64,000 nucleotides of DNA from an uncultured Acidimicrobiaceae bacterium (GCA_963804765.1 CAWDRQ010000046.1:85580-149579), one strand, 5' to 3'. Positions 31,894 to 41,784 are shown, counted from the first letter of the stretch. The notes: generated by a model from the sequence alone, not told the origin. Translations and numbers: made by a program.

Positions 31894-32793
31894 TCAGCGG
31901 TACAGCTCGCGGTCTGACGGCCAGTTCGGCTGGAACAGGTGCCACTGCTCGGGTGCCAGGCGGACGAGCCCCTCGAGAGAACGCGCCATCTCCTCGGTGA
32001 GACGCTGCACGTCCTTGCGCAGTCGCCCAGTGCGTGTCGAGTCGAGCGGGGGCTGCAGCAAGGCGTGGTACTGGCCACGCGGCCTCTGATAGATCGCGCA
32101 CGTCATCAGCGGCGCACCTGAGCGCAGGGCAAGGAGCGCAGGGCCCGCGGGCAGCGTCGTCTTCTCCCCGAAGAACTCAACTTCGACGCCGTTGCCGACA
32201 AGGTCACGGTCTGCCAACAATCCCACGACGCGGCCTGCCCGCAGTGCGTCCAGGAGCCGGACGGTGGTGTCGGGCCCTGGCGGTAGCACGGTGAGCCCGA
32301 GCATCGCTCGCTGCGAGGTGAACCAGTCGAACAGCTCGGGAGGCTCCAGCAGCTCGCCAACGGTGGTCATGGGATATCCCTGCTGAGCGAGCCAGCGACC
32401 CCCGTACTCCCACGAGCCGACATGGGGAAGCACGATCACAACACCGCGGCCCCTCGCCATCTCCAGTCGGAAGCGCTCGAAGCCCTCGATGCTGAAGGTC
32501 GACTCGATCTGGTCCGACCGCAGAGCCGCCACCCGTGCAGACTCCACCCAGTACTGCGCATAGGAGCAAAACGCCTTGGTGACGAGTCGGCGGAGGGCAG
32601 TTTCCTCAGCCTCGGGACCGAGCACTCGTCGCAGGTTGGAATGCACGAGTGGTCGCTTGTCGCGCCAGACCCCTGAGATCGTCAAGCCCGCCACACTCGC
32701 CAGGGCATCGGCAATCGGACGAGGAGTCACCTGCAGTGCTGCCGCGATGCCGCGATAGGCGAGGTAGCGGGCCCACTGCTCTGGCGTGGCCAT
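31894..32793 (-). CDS. patA: phosphatidylinositol mannoside acyltransferase (LpxL/HtrB-type lysophospholipid acyltransferase family)
   Basis: VVIVLPHVGSWEYGGRWL acyltransferase motif. Positioned between pgsA1 and pimA as in mycobacteria (Rv2611c). ATG at 32793 (MATPEQW); the ORF track extends to 32940 and overlaps pgsA1. Confidence 0.78.
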   Translation of the reverse strand: MATPEQWARYLAYRGIAAALQVTPRPIADALASVAGLTISGVWRDKRPLVHSNLRRVLGPEAEETALRRLVTKAFCSYAQYWVESARVAALRSDQIESTFSIEGFERFRLEMARGRGVVIVLPHVGSWEYGGRWLAQQGYPMTTVGELLEPPELFDWFTSQRAMLGLTVLPPGPDTTVRLLDALRAGRVVGLLADRDLVGNGVEVEFFGEKTTLPAGPALLALRSGAPLMTCAIYQRPRGQYHALLQPPLDSTRTGRLRKDVQRLTEEMARSLEGLVRLAPEQWHLFQPNWPSDRELYR

Positions 32794-32836
32794 CAGCGAC
32801 TGCGCGAGTATTTCCGACCGGACTGCGGAGCTGCGC

Positions 32837-33793
32837 TCAGGTATCGCTCCCAGGGCGCCGGCGGCGCGCCGATCCGACGACGAGACGGCGGCGCTCGGTC
32901 CGAGGACCGACCCTGCGACTGCCAGAGCGCTCGTTGGCAAGGACGCGGCGCAGTCTCACAGTCAGTGGCTCAGTCCGGCGCCGGGCACGCACGCGGCTCG
33001 GCGTGGTTGCCCGGCGCCTCGTGCCGTTGGCGCGTGGCTGGCGCCACGACTGCCAGCGCGACTCGACGCGTCCGCGGCGCCATGGTCCACGCGTGGCGGC
33101 AGAGCTCGCCGCCTCTGGGCTCGCCTGGCGCCAGACCTTCACAAATCGCTGCGCCGCGGTGAAGACCGTCAGAACCAGAAGCAGCCCTAGCAGAGGCACC
33201 AAGACCACGTGGAGCACCAACGCGACACCGAGCAGGATGAGCCGCTCGGCCCGTTCCATGAGGCCGCCTTTGGCGTCGTAACCGAGGGATTCTGCCTTCG
33301 CTCGCTCGTAGGAGATGACCGCGCTGACCCCGAGGATCGAGAACGGCAGCACCGCCAGGCGCGGCTGGGTGCCGGAGGCGAAGTACCACGCCACGCCGCC
33401 AAAGATCAGGGCATCGGACACCCGGTCAGCGACCGAGTCGAAGAAGGCGCCCTTCTTTGAGGCTGTGCCCGCTGCCTTTGCCACGACGCCATCGAGGGTG
33501 TCCATGAGGCCGCCGATAGTGAGCAGCACCACGGCGACCCAAAAGTGCCCGAGACCGATGATCACGCCGGTGAGGCCGGCGAGAAGGATGCCGACTACTG
33601 TGACCTCGTTCGCCGTGACGCCGCGTCGTGCGAGGCGGGCGCCCACACCGAAACCCGTGCGGATCCCACGCCCCGGCGACGTGGCCTCCAGCTCGGCAGG
33701 CGGCGTCGGCTCAGGGGTCAGCGCGGCCTGATCGTCGACTGCGACATCTTCGATGCCGCTCGCCGCTGACTGGCCCCGGTGGCCGTCGATCAT
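32837..33793 (-). CDS. pgsA: CDP-alcohol phosphatidyltransferase (phosphatidylinositol phosphate synthase type) with a ~100-aa Arg-rich C-terminal tail
   Basis: DTLDGVVAKAAGTASKKGAFFDSVADRVSD matches D-x2-DG-x2-AR-x8-G-x3-D-x3-D. Multiple TM helices. The tail after ...AAQRFVKVWRQ is Arg-rich and low complexity. Confidence 0.85.
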   Translation of the reverse strand: MIDGHRGQSAASGIEDVAVDDQAALTPEPTPPAELEATSPGRGIRTGFGVGARLARRGVTANEVTVVGILLAGLTGVIIGLGHFWVAVVLLTIGGLMDTLDGVVAKAAGTASKKGAFFDSVADRVSDALIFGGVAWYFASGTQPRLAVLPFSILGVSAVISYERAKAESLGYDAKGGLMERAERLILLGVALVLHVVLVPLLGLLLVLTVFTAAQRFVKVWRQASPEAASSAATRGPWRRGRVESRWQSWRQPRANGTRRRATTPSRVRARRRTEPLTVRLRRVLANERSGSRRVGPRTERRRLVVGSARRRRPGSDT

Positions 33794-34003
33794 TTCGCTC
33801 CTGTCTGGCGCTACCGCAGTCGAAAACGCCTGTCACGCAAGCCTGCGTGGCATTGATCCTCTCTTCAAGAGAATACCAGAGCCCCTCGCGGATCCTCCGG
33901 CCTCCTCGTGCTGTGCACGCGACCGATAGGCTCGCAACCTGTCCAGCGAGTTCGTCGACCAGTCACCCACGGTGAAGCCGGTCGCGGGAAGTGAGGTACC
34001 CAC

Positions 34004-36067
34004 GTGAACGCCGTGCCGTCCGCGAAGATCCGCAACGTCGCGCTCATCGGCCATGGCGGTGCCGGCAAGACAACCCTTGCCGAAGCACTGCTCGTAGTTG
34101 GCGGCGTGCTGTCCCGACCGGGACGGACAGAGGACGGGACGACAGTCTGCGATTTCGAGCCCGAAGAGGTCAAGCGGCACATATCGGTCTCGTTGGCTCT
34201 GGCTCCGTTTCTGTTCGAGGACTGCAAGATCAACGTCATCGACACCCCGGGGTACGCCGACTTCATAGCCGAGGTCGAGGCGGGCTTGTCGGTCGCCGAC
34301 CTTGCCGTGCTCGTCGTCAGTGCAGTCGAGGGCGTAGAGGTTCAATCCGAAGAGACCTGGCGGCTGGCTACCGAGCTCGGCATTCCCAGGCTCGTGTTCG
34401 TCAACAAGCTCGACCGCGAGCGCGCCGACTTCGAGAGAACGCTGGACCAGCTCCGCGAGCGCTTCGGATCAGGCATCGCGCCCTTGGAGCTGCCCATCGG
34501 AAGCGAGGTGGCCTTCAACGGGATAGCGGATCTCCTCTCCGACTCGGCCATCACCTACGGCGCAGGCAAGCCCACGACCGGGCCTATCCCCGAGGACATG
34601 TCCGAGCTTCAGCATCGTGTCCGCGAAACCCTGATCGAAGGCATCGTCGTCGGTGACGACGAGATGATGGAGCGGTACCTAGAAGGCGAGGTGCCTTCCA
34701 CCAAGGACCTGGAATCCACGCTCGCCCACGGTGTCGCCTCCGCGAGCGTGTTTCCTGTCGTGTGCGGGTCGGCCCTCACTGGCGTTGGCGTCGACCGCCT
34801 GGCTTCGCTGATCTGCGCGATCGGGCCGAGCCCGCTCGCGCGACGGTCGTTCACGGTACGGGCGGGGAACGACACGATCGAGCTCCCCCGCGATCCGGAC
34901 GGGCCGCCTCTGGCCCGAGTCTTCAAGACGATCGCCGACCCCTTTGTCGGACGGATCTCTCTCATGAACGTGCTCTCCGGAACGCTCCGGCCCGACATGA
35001 CCCTCTTCGACAGCCGCAGCCACTCCGAGGAGAAGCTGCACGCTCTCCAAGTCATGCGCGGCAAGGAGACCCAGCCCACCTCCGCCGCGCCCGCCGGCGA
35101 CATCGTCGCCGTCGCGAAATTGAGCGGCGTGTTGACCGGCGACACGTTGGCACCGAAGAACCAGCCGGTGGTTGCAGAAGGACCCAGACTCCGCACCGCC
35201 GTCCTTTCCATAGCGGTCCACCCGAAGGCCAAGGGTGACGATGACAAGCTCATGACGGCCATCCACCGTCTGCAGGAAGAGGACACGGCGCTCGTGGTCC
35301 GCCGGGATGACGAGACACACCAGACCGTGCTTTCCGGCATGGGTGACACGCACTTGCAGATCGTGTGCGAGAAGCTGAACCGCAAGTTCGGCGTAGCGGT
35401 CGAGACCGAGCCCGTCCAGGTTCCATACCGCGAGACGATCACCAAGCCCGCCGAGGCCGAGGGCAAGTACAAGAAGCAGACCGGGGGTCACGGCCAGTTC
35501 GGAGTTGCCAACCTGCGGGTCGAGCCGCTCGAACGCGGCGAGGGCTTCGTGTTCGTGGACGCGATCGTCGGCGGCGCGATTCCCCGACAGTTCATACCCG
35601 CCGTGGAAAAGGGCATCCAAGAAGCGATGATCACAGGGGGCCACTTCGGCTACCCCGTCGTCGACGTCCGGGTGACCTGCTACGACGGCAAGTACCACAC
35701 GGTGGACTCGTCGGAGATGAGCTTCAAGATGGCGGCTTCGCTGGGCTTCAAGGAGGCGCTGGCCGCTGCCGGCCCGGTGATACTCGAACCTGTCTGTCGG
35801 CTCGAGGTCACGGTGCCTGCCGCCTATCAGGGCGACATTCTCGGTGACCTTAACTCGCGGCGGGGTCGGGTGCTCGGTACCGAGGCCGGAGAGCGCGGTG
35901 AACAGGTCGTGATCGCGTTGGTGCCGGCGTCGGAGATACAGCGGTACGCGACCGACCTCCGTTCGCTCACAGGTGGCCGGGGTCGTTTCGCCGTGCGCCA
36001 TGACCATCACGAAGTGGTGCCGGCGCCGATCGCCGAGAAACTGGCCAAACAGGCGGCTGAAACCTAG
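34004..36067 (+). CDS. elongation factor G-like GTPase (EF-G paralog)
   Basis: G1 GHGGAGKTTL, G3 DTPGYADF, G4 NKLD, and EF-G domains II-V recognisable (GKYKKQTGGHGQFG). 687 aa. GTG start. Confidence 0.88.
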   Translation: MNAVPSAKIRNVALIGHGGAGKTTLAEALLVVGGVLSRPGRTEDGTTVCDFEPEEVKRHISVSLALAPFLFEDCKINVIDTPGYADFIAEVEAGLSVADLAVLVVSAVEGVEVQSEETWRLATELGIPRLVFVNKLDRERADFERTLDQLRERFGSGIAPLELPIGSEVAFNGIADLLSDSAITYGAGKPTTGPIPEDMSELQHRVRETLIEGIVVGDDEMMERYLEGEVPSTKDLESTLAHGVASASVFPVVCGSALTGVGVDRLASLICAIGPSPLARRSFTVRAGNDTIELPRDPDGPPLARVFKTIADPFVGRISLMNVLSGTLRPDMTLFDSRSHSEEKLHALQVMRGKETQPTSAAPAGDIVAVAKLSGVLTGDTLAPKNQPVVAEGPRLRTAVLSIAVHPKAKGDDDKLMTAIHRLQEEDTALVVRRDDETHQTVLSGMGDTHLQIVCEKLNRKFGVAVETEPVQVPYRETITKPAEAEGKYKKQTGGHGQFGVANLRVEPLERGEGFVFVDAIVGGAIPRQFIPAVEKGIQEAMITGGHFGYPVVDVRVTCYDGKYHTVDSSEMSFKMAASLGFKEALAAAGPVILEPVCRLEVTVPAAYQGDILGDLNSRRGRVLGTEAGERGEQVVIALVPASEIQRYATDLRSLTGGRGRFAVRHDHHEVVPAPIAEKLAKQAAET

Positions 36068-36080
36068 CGCGGCATGGAGC

Positions 36081-36887
36081 TCAGACCGTCAGAGAGCTCC
36101 ATGCGGCAGCGACATCCCGATTCCCCGTCAGCTCGAGTGCCTCGACAGGTCTGCGGTTCCAGCAGAACAGGTAGAGGTCTGACGCGGAACCGACGAGGAC
36201 CGCGTCGGCGGGCGCCCTGCCCTCGCGCCAGCGCAGCCGGCCGGCGGCCACTTCCACCGTCCAGGCCGCAGCATCGTCAGAGCAGGCCAAGCAGAGCACC
36301 CCACCGAGCGAAACTTCCGGCGTCACGGGCACATCAGTCGCAAGGTGAACCCCGATCCACTCGTCGATCCCGTCGACGGCCAGGTCCCGGTCGATCGGCG
36401 TAGGCAAGCCGACCGAGATCTCGACGTCGTAACGGTGCACGGCCGACTCGAGCGCCATGCGCCTGCAGACCCAGCCAGCGGTGAGATCCTCGCCCGACCA
36501 GTTCCAACAGGGATCTTCCGGATCGCGGCCGGTGAGCGCGTGTCGTAGCTTCGCGCGGGCACCTTCGAGCCACTCCAAGATGTCCGCCCCGGCTGGCACG
36601 CCTCGTGACGCCGGCTCGGCCGGAGCGCCCGGCGATGCAGCCTCGAGCTGGGTTCTCCAGAACGTGAAGACATCACCCAGATGCCCGACCAGATCGGAGA
36701 CCTGCCATTCCGGGCAGGTCGGAACCGGGAGCTCGAGAGCGTCGCCACTCGCTTCGATGATGAGGTCGCACTCGCGCTCGAGTGCTGTGCGGTGCGATTC
36801 GTAGTCGAGGCGATGGTCGTTCACGAGCTCAATTCTCACCTGTCGCGGGCTCACGCTGATCGCGACGATCTCGCTGCCTCGGGCCAC
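36081..36887 (-). CDS. maleylpyruvate isomerase-family / DinB-like mycothiol-dependent enzyme (TIGR03083-like)
   Basis: N-terminal PVPTCPEWQVSDLVGHLGDVFTFW pattern, typical of actinobacterial DinB/MDMPI_N proteins. The start is uncertain because 36887 overlaps the upstream gene by 59 nt. Confidence 0.55.
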   Translation of the reverse strand: MARGSEIVAISVSPRQVRIELVNDHRLDYESHRTALERECDLIIEASGDALELPVPTCPEWQVSDLVGHLGDVFTFWRTQLEAASPGAPAEPASRGVPAGADILEWLEGARAKLRHALTGRDPEDPCWNWSGEDLTAGWVCRRMALESAVHRYDVEISVGLPTPIDRDLAVDGIDEWIGVHLATDVPVTPEVSLGGVLCLACSDDAAAWTVEVAAGRLRWREGRAPADAVLVGSASDLYLFCWNRRPVEALELTGNRDVAAAWSSLTV

Positions 36888-37296
36888 GAGCCGGCGTTGC
36901 GGGGCTCGTCTCCAGACCCTCGGGAATCTCTCGGGTCATTTCCGCGGCCGCGCGAACCTCTCGAACCGTGCGCTGCGCATCCGCGACCTCGACGACCACA
37001 TAGCGGAAGCGTTCTCCCGAGCACTCGATGAGCACCGCGTTTCGACCGAGCCCGATAGACCAGAACGACCAGCCGTCCAGCCCGTGATAGGTGCCGAGCC
37101 GCCAGACTCCCTGACCGTGCTTGCGCCACTGGCGCAGGCCGATCTTCACATGCGCGCGTACCGACGGGTCGTGATCGATTCGCACGATCGACGCCAGCGG
37201 AAACCTGATGGTGCTCCTCGTGGCAAGCACGCTGCGCCATCCGCGCAAACGGACGACGACCCGATCGCCTTCCACGTTGCACTCCCCCCAGATCAT
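36829..37296 (-). CDS. hypothetical protein, possibly bacterial PH-like
   Basis: MIWGECNVEGDRVVVRLRGWRSVLATRSTIRFPLASIVRIDHDP... ATG at 37296 lies 32 nt after the HIT stop. The function call is weak. Confidence 0.5.
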   Translation of the reverse strand: MIWGECNVEGDRVVVRLRGWRSVLATRSTIRFPLASIVRIDHDPSVRAHVKIGLRQWRKHGQGVWRLGTYHGLDGWSFWSIGLGRNAVLIECSGERFRYVVVEVADAQRTVREVRAAAEMTREIPEGLETSPATPARGPRQRDRRDQREPATGEN

Positions 37297-37328
37297 GGGA
37301 GCCCGGCGGGTGCCGGACAGAGACACAC

Positions 37329-37868
37329 TCACCTCCAGGCTGCCCGCAACTTCGCCCAGCTGTCGCCCAGGGCTTCGGGAAGGACCCGAACCCCGGCGAC
37401 CGTTGTCATGAAGTTCGTGTCGCCGATCCATCGCGGAACGATGTGCACGTGCAAATGAGCGGGGATCCCCGCTCCCGCGGCCCGTCCGAGGTTCACGCCG
37501 AGATTCATGCCCTCGGGGCGATAAGCGGCCTTCACTGCCGCCACGGCGCCGTAGACACCACTAGACAGCTCGACGGCCTCCTCCGGCTCCAGCTCGCAGA
37601 GATCGCCCACGTGCCGCATCGGGAGAACCATCACATGGCCCGGGGAGTACGGGAAGGCATTGAGCAGCACCACGGTCGACGAACCCATCCAGAGCACATG
37701 TCGTACCTCGTCGGGCTCGCCGGATCGGATGATCCCGCAAAACACGCACGTCGCCTCTGGTTCGCCCGCGGAGGTTGGAACGCCACTCGGGTCGCTCGTG
37801 TCACCTGCGTCCCCGAACGAGCTCACGTAACTCGATCGCCAGCCCGCCCAGAGGTGGTCGAGACTCAC
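37329..37868 (-). CDS. HIT family protein (Rv2613c-like Ap4A phosphorylase type)
   Basis: AGIPAHLHVHIVPRWIGDTNFM histidine triad, CVFCGI, and a 4-nt overlap with the thrS stop. Same position as Rv2613c downstream of thrS. Confidence 0.85.
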   Translation of the reverse strand: MSLDHLWAGWRSSYVSSFGDAGDTSDPSGVPTSAGEPEATCVFCGIIRSGEPDEVRHVLWMGSSTVVLLNAFPYSPGHVMVLPMRHVGDLCELEPEEAVELSSGVYGAVAAVKAAYRPEGMNLGVNLGRAAGAGIPAHLHVHIVPRWIGDTNFMTTVAGVRVLPEALGDSWAKLRAAWR

Positions 37869-39880
37869 AGGGCTCCCGCAACGGTGCCGGGCCCACGACC
37901 GGGCGGCGGTGCCGCCTCCACACGTAGCTGCTCGACGAACGCGTCGACCCCGACACCGCGCTCAGGCTCGTCGGAGCCCCGCGCGTTGACGCCGACGGTC
38001 CCCTCAGCAACGTCGGAGTCGCCCACGACGAGGACATAGGGCACCTTCTCCAGTTTCGCGCGGCGGATCCTCGCCCCGAGAGGCTCCCCTGCATCATCTG
38101 CCTCGGCCCGCACTCCAGCCGCCGCCAGGAGTCCGCGAACCTGTCGCGCGTAAGGCGTGTGGTCGTCGCGCACGGGAAGGACCCGAGCTTGCACCGGCGA
38201 GAGCCAAGTCGGGAATGCGCCGGCGTAGTGCTCGACCAGCACCGCAAAGAAACGCTCGACTGACCCGAACAGGGCTCGGTGGATCATGATCGGTCGGTGC
38301 CTGGTGTTGTCCTGACCGACGTAGTCCATGTCGAAGCGCTGCGGTAGCTGAGTGTCCACCTGGATCGTCGACATCTGCCAGGTCCGTCCGATCGCATCGC
38401 GCGCCTGGACCGAGACCTTCGGACCGTAGAAAGCACCTCCGCCCGGGTCGAGCACCAGCTCGAGGTCCATGGTTAGCGCAGCCTGTCGGAGAGCCTCGGT
38501 CGCTTCCTCCCACTCCTCCACGGTTCCGACCGCTTTCTCCTCCGGCATGGTCGACAACTCGAGGTAGAAGTCCTCGAGGCCGAAGTCGCGAAGCAGGTCG
38601 AGCACGAAACCGAGCAACGACTGCAGCTCGGCCGCCATCTGCTCGCGAGAGCAGAAGATGTGCGCGTCGTCCTGTGTCATCCCGCGCACACGCGTCAGAC
38701 CGTGCACAACGCCCGATTTCTCGTAGCGGTAGACCGCGCCGAACTCGAACATCCGAAGGGGAAGCTCGCGGTACGAGCGCTGCCTGGACTTGAAGATCAG
38801 GATATGGAAGGGACAGTTCATTGGTTTGAGGTAGTAACGATGACCCTCGTCGAGCTCCATCGGCGGGAACATGCTCTCCGCGAACCACTGGAGGTGGCCC
38901 GACGTCTCGAACAGATCCGAGCGGGTGATATGCGGCGTGTTGACGAAGGAGTAGCCGGCCTCCATGTGACGCGCCCGGGAATAGTCCTCCATCACCTTGC
39001 GGACGAGGCCCCCTCTTGGGTGAAAGACTGCCAGCCCCGAGCCGAGCTCGGGGGGGAATGAGAACAGGTCGAGCTCGGCGCCGAGTCGACGGTGATCACG
39101 CCGTTCGGCCTCCTCGAGACGGTGGAGGTACGCCTCGACGGCCTTGTCGGACTCCCATGCCGTGCCGTACACCCTCTGGAGCTGGGGCCTGTGCTCGTCG
39201 CCACGCCAATAGGCTCCGGCAACACGGGTCAGCTTGAAATGCCCCAGGCGATCGGTCGAGGGCACGTGCGGACCGCGGCACAGGTCCACGAACCCCGGAC
39301 CGTTGCGATACGCGCTGACCGCACCGGGATTCCCGCCCGCCTCGGCCGCGAGCTCGGCGTCGAGGCCCACGGCAGCCTCGGCGACACCTTCGATGATCTC
39401 GCGCTTGAAGGGCTGGTCAGCGAAGAGCTCGAGGCCTTCCGCGATCGTGTGTTCCTCACGGACGAACGGCTGCGATTCGCCGACGATCGCCTGCATCTCC
39501 GATTCGATCCTGGCCAGGTCGTCCTCGGAGAAGCGGGCGCCCCGGGGGAGCTCGAAGTCGTAGTAGAAGCCGTCTGCGACGGCCGGGCCGATTGCGTAGC
39601 GTGCACCGGGCCAAAGCCTGAGGACCGCCTGTGCCATGACGTGCGCCGTCGAGTGGCGCAACACGCTGCGGCCCTCATCGGTGTCGGAGGTGACAATGCG
39701 CACCTTGGCGCCGTCGGAAATTGGCTGGGAGAGATCGACCAAGACGCCGTCGAGCTCAGCCGCGACCGCGGCGGCAGCGAGCCGCGGACCTATCCCCGCG
39801 GCAAGTTGCGCGATCGTCGTGCCGGCGGGGACACTGCGTACGGACCCGTCGGGCAAGAAGACCGTGACCTCGCTGGGCAT
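37865..39880 (-). CDS. thrS: threonine--tRNA ligase
   Basis: N-terminal TGS (VFLPDGSVRSV), editing-domain HSTAHVMAQA, class II core (FHPRGG, RVRGMTQDDAHIF), and C-terminal anticodon-binding domain. ATG at 39880 is preceded by GAGGAG. Confidence 0.94.
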   Translation of the reverse strand: MPSEVTVFLPDGSVRSVPAGTTIAQLAAGIGPRLAAAAVAAELDGVLVDLSQPISDGAKVRIVTSDTDEGRSVLRHSTAHVMAQAVLRLWPGARYAIGPAVADGFYYDFELPRGARFSEDDLARIESEMQAIVGESQPFVREEHTIAEGLELFADQPFKREIIEGVAEAAVGLDAELAAEAGGNPGAVSAYRNGPGFVDLCRGPHVPSTDRLGHFKLTRVAGAYWRGDEHRPQLQRVYGTAWESDKAVEAYLHRLEEAERRDHRRLGAELDLFSFPPELGSGLAVFHPRGGLVRKVMEDYSRARHMEAGYSFVNTPHITRSDLFETSGHLQWFAESMFPPMELDEGHRYYLKPMNCPFHILIFKSRQRSYRELPLRMFEFGAVYRYEKSGVVHGLTRVRGMTQDDAHIFCSREQMAAELQSLLGFVLDLLRDFGLEDFYLELSTMPEEKAVGTVEEWEEATEALRQAALTMDLELVLDPGGGAFYGPKVSVQARDAIGRTWQMSTIQVDTQLPQRFDMDYVGQDNTRHRPIMIHRALFGSVERFFAVLVEHYAGAFPTWLSPVQARVLPVRDDHTPYARQVRGLLAAAGVRAEADDAGEPLGARIRRAKLEKVPYVLVVGDSDVAEGTVGVNARGSDEPERGVGVDAFVEQLRVEAAPPPGRGPGTVAGAL

Positions 39881-39967
39881 CTGAACCACTCCTCGTACTG
39901 GCGACACCGGGTCGCACTCCGGAGAAGCTCAGCCTACCGGCCCGCTAGGACCGCTTTGTGGGTTGCA

Positions 39968-41083
39968 TCACAGCCGAACACCGAGCAGGGATGCGGCCTC
40001 GCCGACGCCACGCCCGGCTTCAGCCTCCTCGTCGATGGCTGCGATCGCGCCAGGAGTGTCCAGGTCGTCGTCGAGCTTGGCCCGCACGGCCTCCAGGCCG
40101 CCGCCGCCACGGCCTGCCACCCGCCATCGCTCGAGGCGGCCCTCCGCGTCCTGGAGCATCGCGTCCGTCCACTCCCACGGCCGCCGATAGCTCTGGGAGA
40201 GCAGCGCTAAGCGAATCGCGGACGGATCGTGGCCCTGTTCGAGCAGCTCATGGACGAACACGAGATTGCCGAGCGACTTCGACATCTTCTCTCCGTGGAG
40301 GCTCACCATCCCCACGTGCATCCAGTGGCGTACGAAGACCGACCCGGTCGCCGCCTCCGATTGCGCCGACTCGCACTCATGGTGCGGAAAGATCAGATCG
40401 GTGCCTCCGCCGTGCAGGTCGATGGTCGTGCCGAGCTCGCGGAGGGCTAGCGCGGAGCACTCGATGTGCCATCCCGGACGTCCCGGGCCCCAGAGCGACT
40501 CCCAGGAAGGCTCCCCTGGAGCCGAAGGCTGCCAGAGCACGAAGTCCAGCGGGTCATCCTTGAAAGGGTCATCTGGCCGACCGCCGCGAAGCGCGGCCAG
40601 CCCCACCATCTCATCGCGCTCGAGGTGGCTCACCTGGCCGAACCTGGGGAACGACGAGACGTCGAAGTACACCGCTCCGCCGGCTCGATATGCGTGGCCC
40701 GTGTCGAGGACCATGCCGATGAAGCCGAGAATGTCCGGGATGGCCGAGGTCGCTCGCGGCTCGGAATACGCCCGCAACAGCCCGAGCGCCTCCATGTCGG
40801 CATCGAAGCGCGCGATCTCGCCTGCCGCGAGGTCCAGATAGTGCACGCCGAGCTCGCGGGCCTTGCGCAGGATGTCGTCGTCGACATCGGTGATGTTGCG
40901 CACGCACAGGGTCCGATGGCCGAGGTCGCGCAGGCGCCGCTGCAGCACGTCGTAGGTGAGGTAGACGGCTGCGTGGCCGAGATGCGCCGAGTCATAGGGC
41001 GTGATCCCGCAGGTGTACATCGTGACGACCTCGCCCGGTGTGAACGGGACAACCTGGCGACGAGCAGTGTCGTAAAGCCGCAT
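39968..41083 (-). CDS. mshC: L-cysteine:1D-myo-inositol 2-amino-2-deoxy-alpha-D-glucopyranoside ligase (mycothiol ligase)
   Basis: CysRS-like HIGH (CGITPYDSAHLGHA) and KMSKS motifs. However the protein is short (371 aa), lacks the CysRS anticodon-binding domain, and ends ...DDDLDTPGAIAAID...LLGVRL as MshC proteins do. ATG at 41083; the longer ORF overlaps npdG. Confidence 0.8.
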   Translation of the reverse strand: MRLYDTARRQVVPFTPGEVVTMYTCGITPYDSAHLGHAAVYLTYDVLQRRLRDLGHRTLCVRNITDVDDDILRKARELGVHYLDLAAGEIARFDADMEALGLLRAYSEPRATSAIPDILGFIGMVLDTGHAYRAGGAVYFDVSSFPRFGQVSHLERDEMVGLAALRGGRPDDPFKDDPLDFVLWQPSAPGEPSWESLWGPGRPGWHIECSALALRELGTTIDLHGGGTDLIFPHHECESAQSEAATGSVFVRHWMHVGMVSLHGEKMSKSLGNLVFVHELLEQGHDPSAIRLALLSQSYRRPWEWTDAMLQDAEGRLERWRVAGRGGGGLEAVRAKLDDDLDTPGAIAAIDEEAEAGRGVGEAASLLGVRL

Positions 41084-41115
41084 CACCGACAGCGCGTCAC
41101 AGGGGCCGACGGGCC

Positions 41116-41780
41116 CTAAAGGCCTTCGGTGCGCAGGCCCGTCAACCGGATGCTGGCGTGCGAGCGCGAGCGGATGTTTACGCCGACGAGCACGGCTGTG
41201 AACGCCTCGATCGCCGACGCGGCCGACAAGGTGCCCGCGTCGATCCCACGACACCCTGGTATGCGGTTCACGAGGTCGATCGTGGCCTTGGTGGCAGCCG
41301 CGTGATCCGAGCACACGAGAACGTCCGCGTCGAGTGACTGTTCGAGGTTCGCGAGTCCCCGGGCCGGGAGATGATGGAACGCGCCCGAGACGAGGGCGCG
41401 TGGGGCAGCGCCCTGGACCGCCACGCACAGCGAGCCCCGCGGGGCACGACCGCCTCGATGTCGTCACCCACCTTGAACAGTGCATTCGCCATCGAGACGA
41501 CGACCTTGCCGTCGAGGTGGTGGGCAAGTCCGCCAACCGTTTGGGGCGCGCCGTCCCACGGCGTTGCGACCACGACGAGGTCGGCCCCACAGGCGACCTC
41601 GTTCGAGGCGCCATGCAGGTCAGGGACGCGCCCGCCCCATTTCTCACGAAGCTGGGCCGCGATCTCCTCTCCGCGTTCGGCCGAGCGCGAACCAATCGAC
41701 ACCGACATGCCGATCGATGCCAGCCTGGCAGCGAGCGCTTTGCCCGCCGGACCCGTGCCTCCGAGAATTCCCACGTCCAT
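41116..41780 (-). pseudogene. npdG: NADPH-dependent F420 reductase, split by a net -1 frameshift near 41435-41447
   Basis: ORF 41268..41780 starts MDVGILGGTGPAGKALAARLA...VVVATPWDG...GKVVVSMANAL and then leaves frame. ORF 41116..41424 supplies ...VSGAFHHLPA...DADVLVCSDHAAATKATIDLVNRIPGCRGIDAGTLSAASAIEAFTAVLVGVN. Combined length 665 nt, which is 2 mod 3. The break lies in a CCCCGCGGGG run. Confidence 0.8.
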
Positions 41781-41784
41781 GGCC

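Noticed and set aside
32837-33140. The Arg-rich 100-aa tail of PgsA1 might hide another frameshift or the true patA N terminus.
   Set aside because: I translated the other two minus-strand frames across this stretch. Neither gives a recognisable PgsA1 end or PatA start, and both are equally low-complexity. I left it as a possible long tail or late stop and mentioned it under the Sec finding.
41084-41695. N-terminal 204-aa extension of the mshC ORF. Similar 5' extensions occur on pfk (49187-49612), serS (19040-19225), DUF998 (59505-60053) and FkbM (53397-53504).
   Set aside because: The extensions overlap neighbouring conserved genes and are compositionally junk. In-frame starts also give canonical N termini (MRLYDT..., VQIGILTGGGD with an upstream GGAGG, MIDIRL...).
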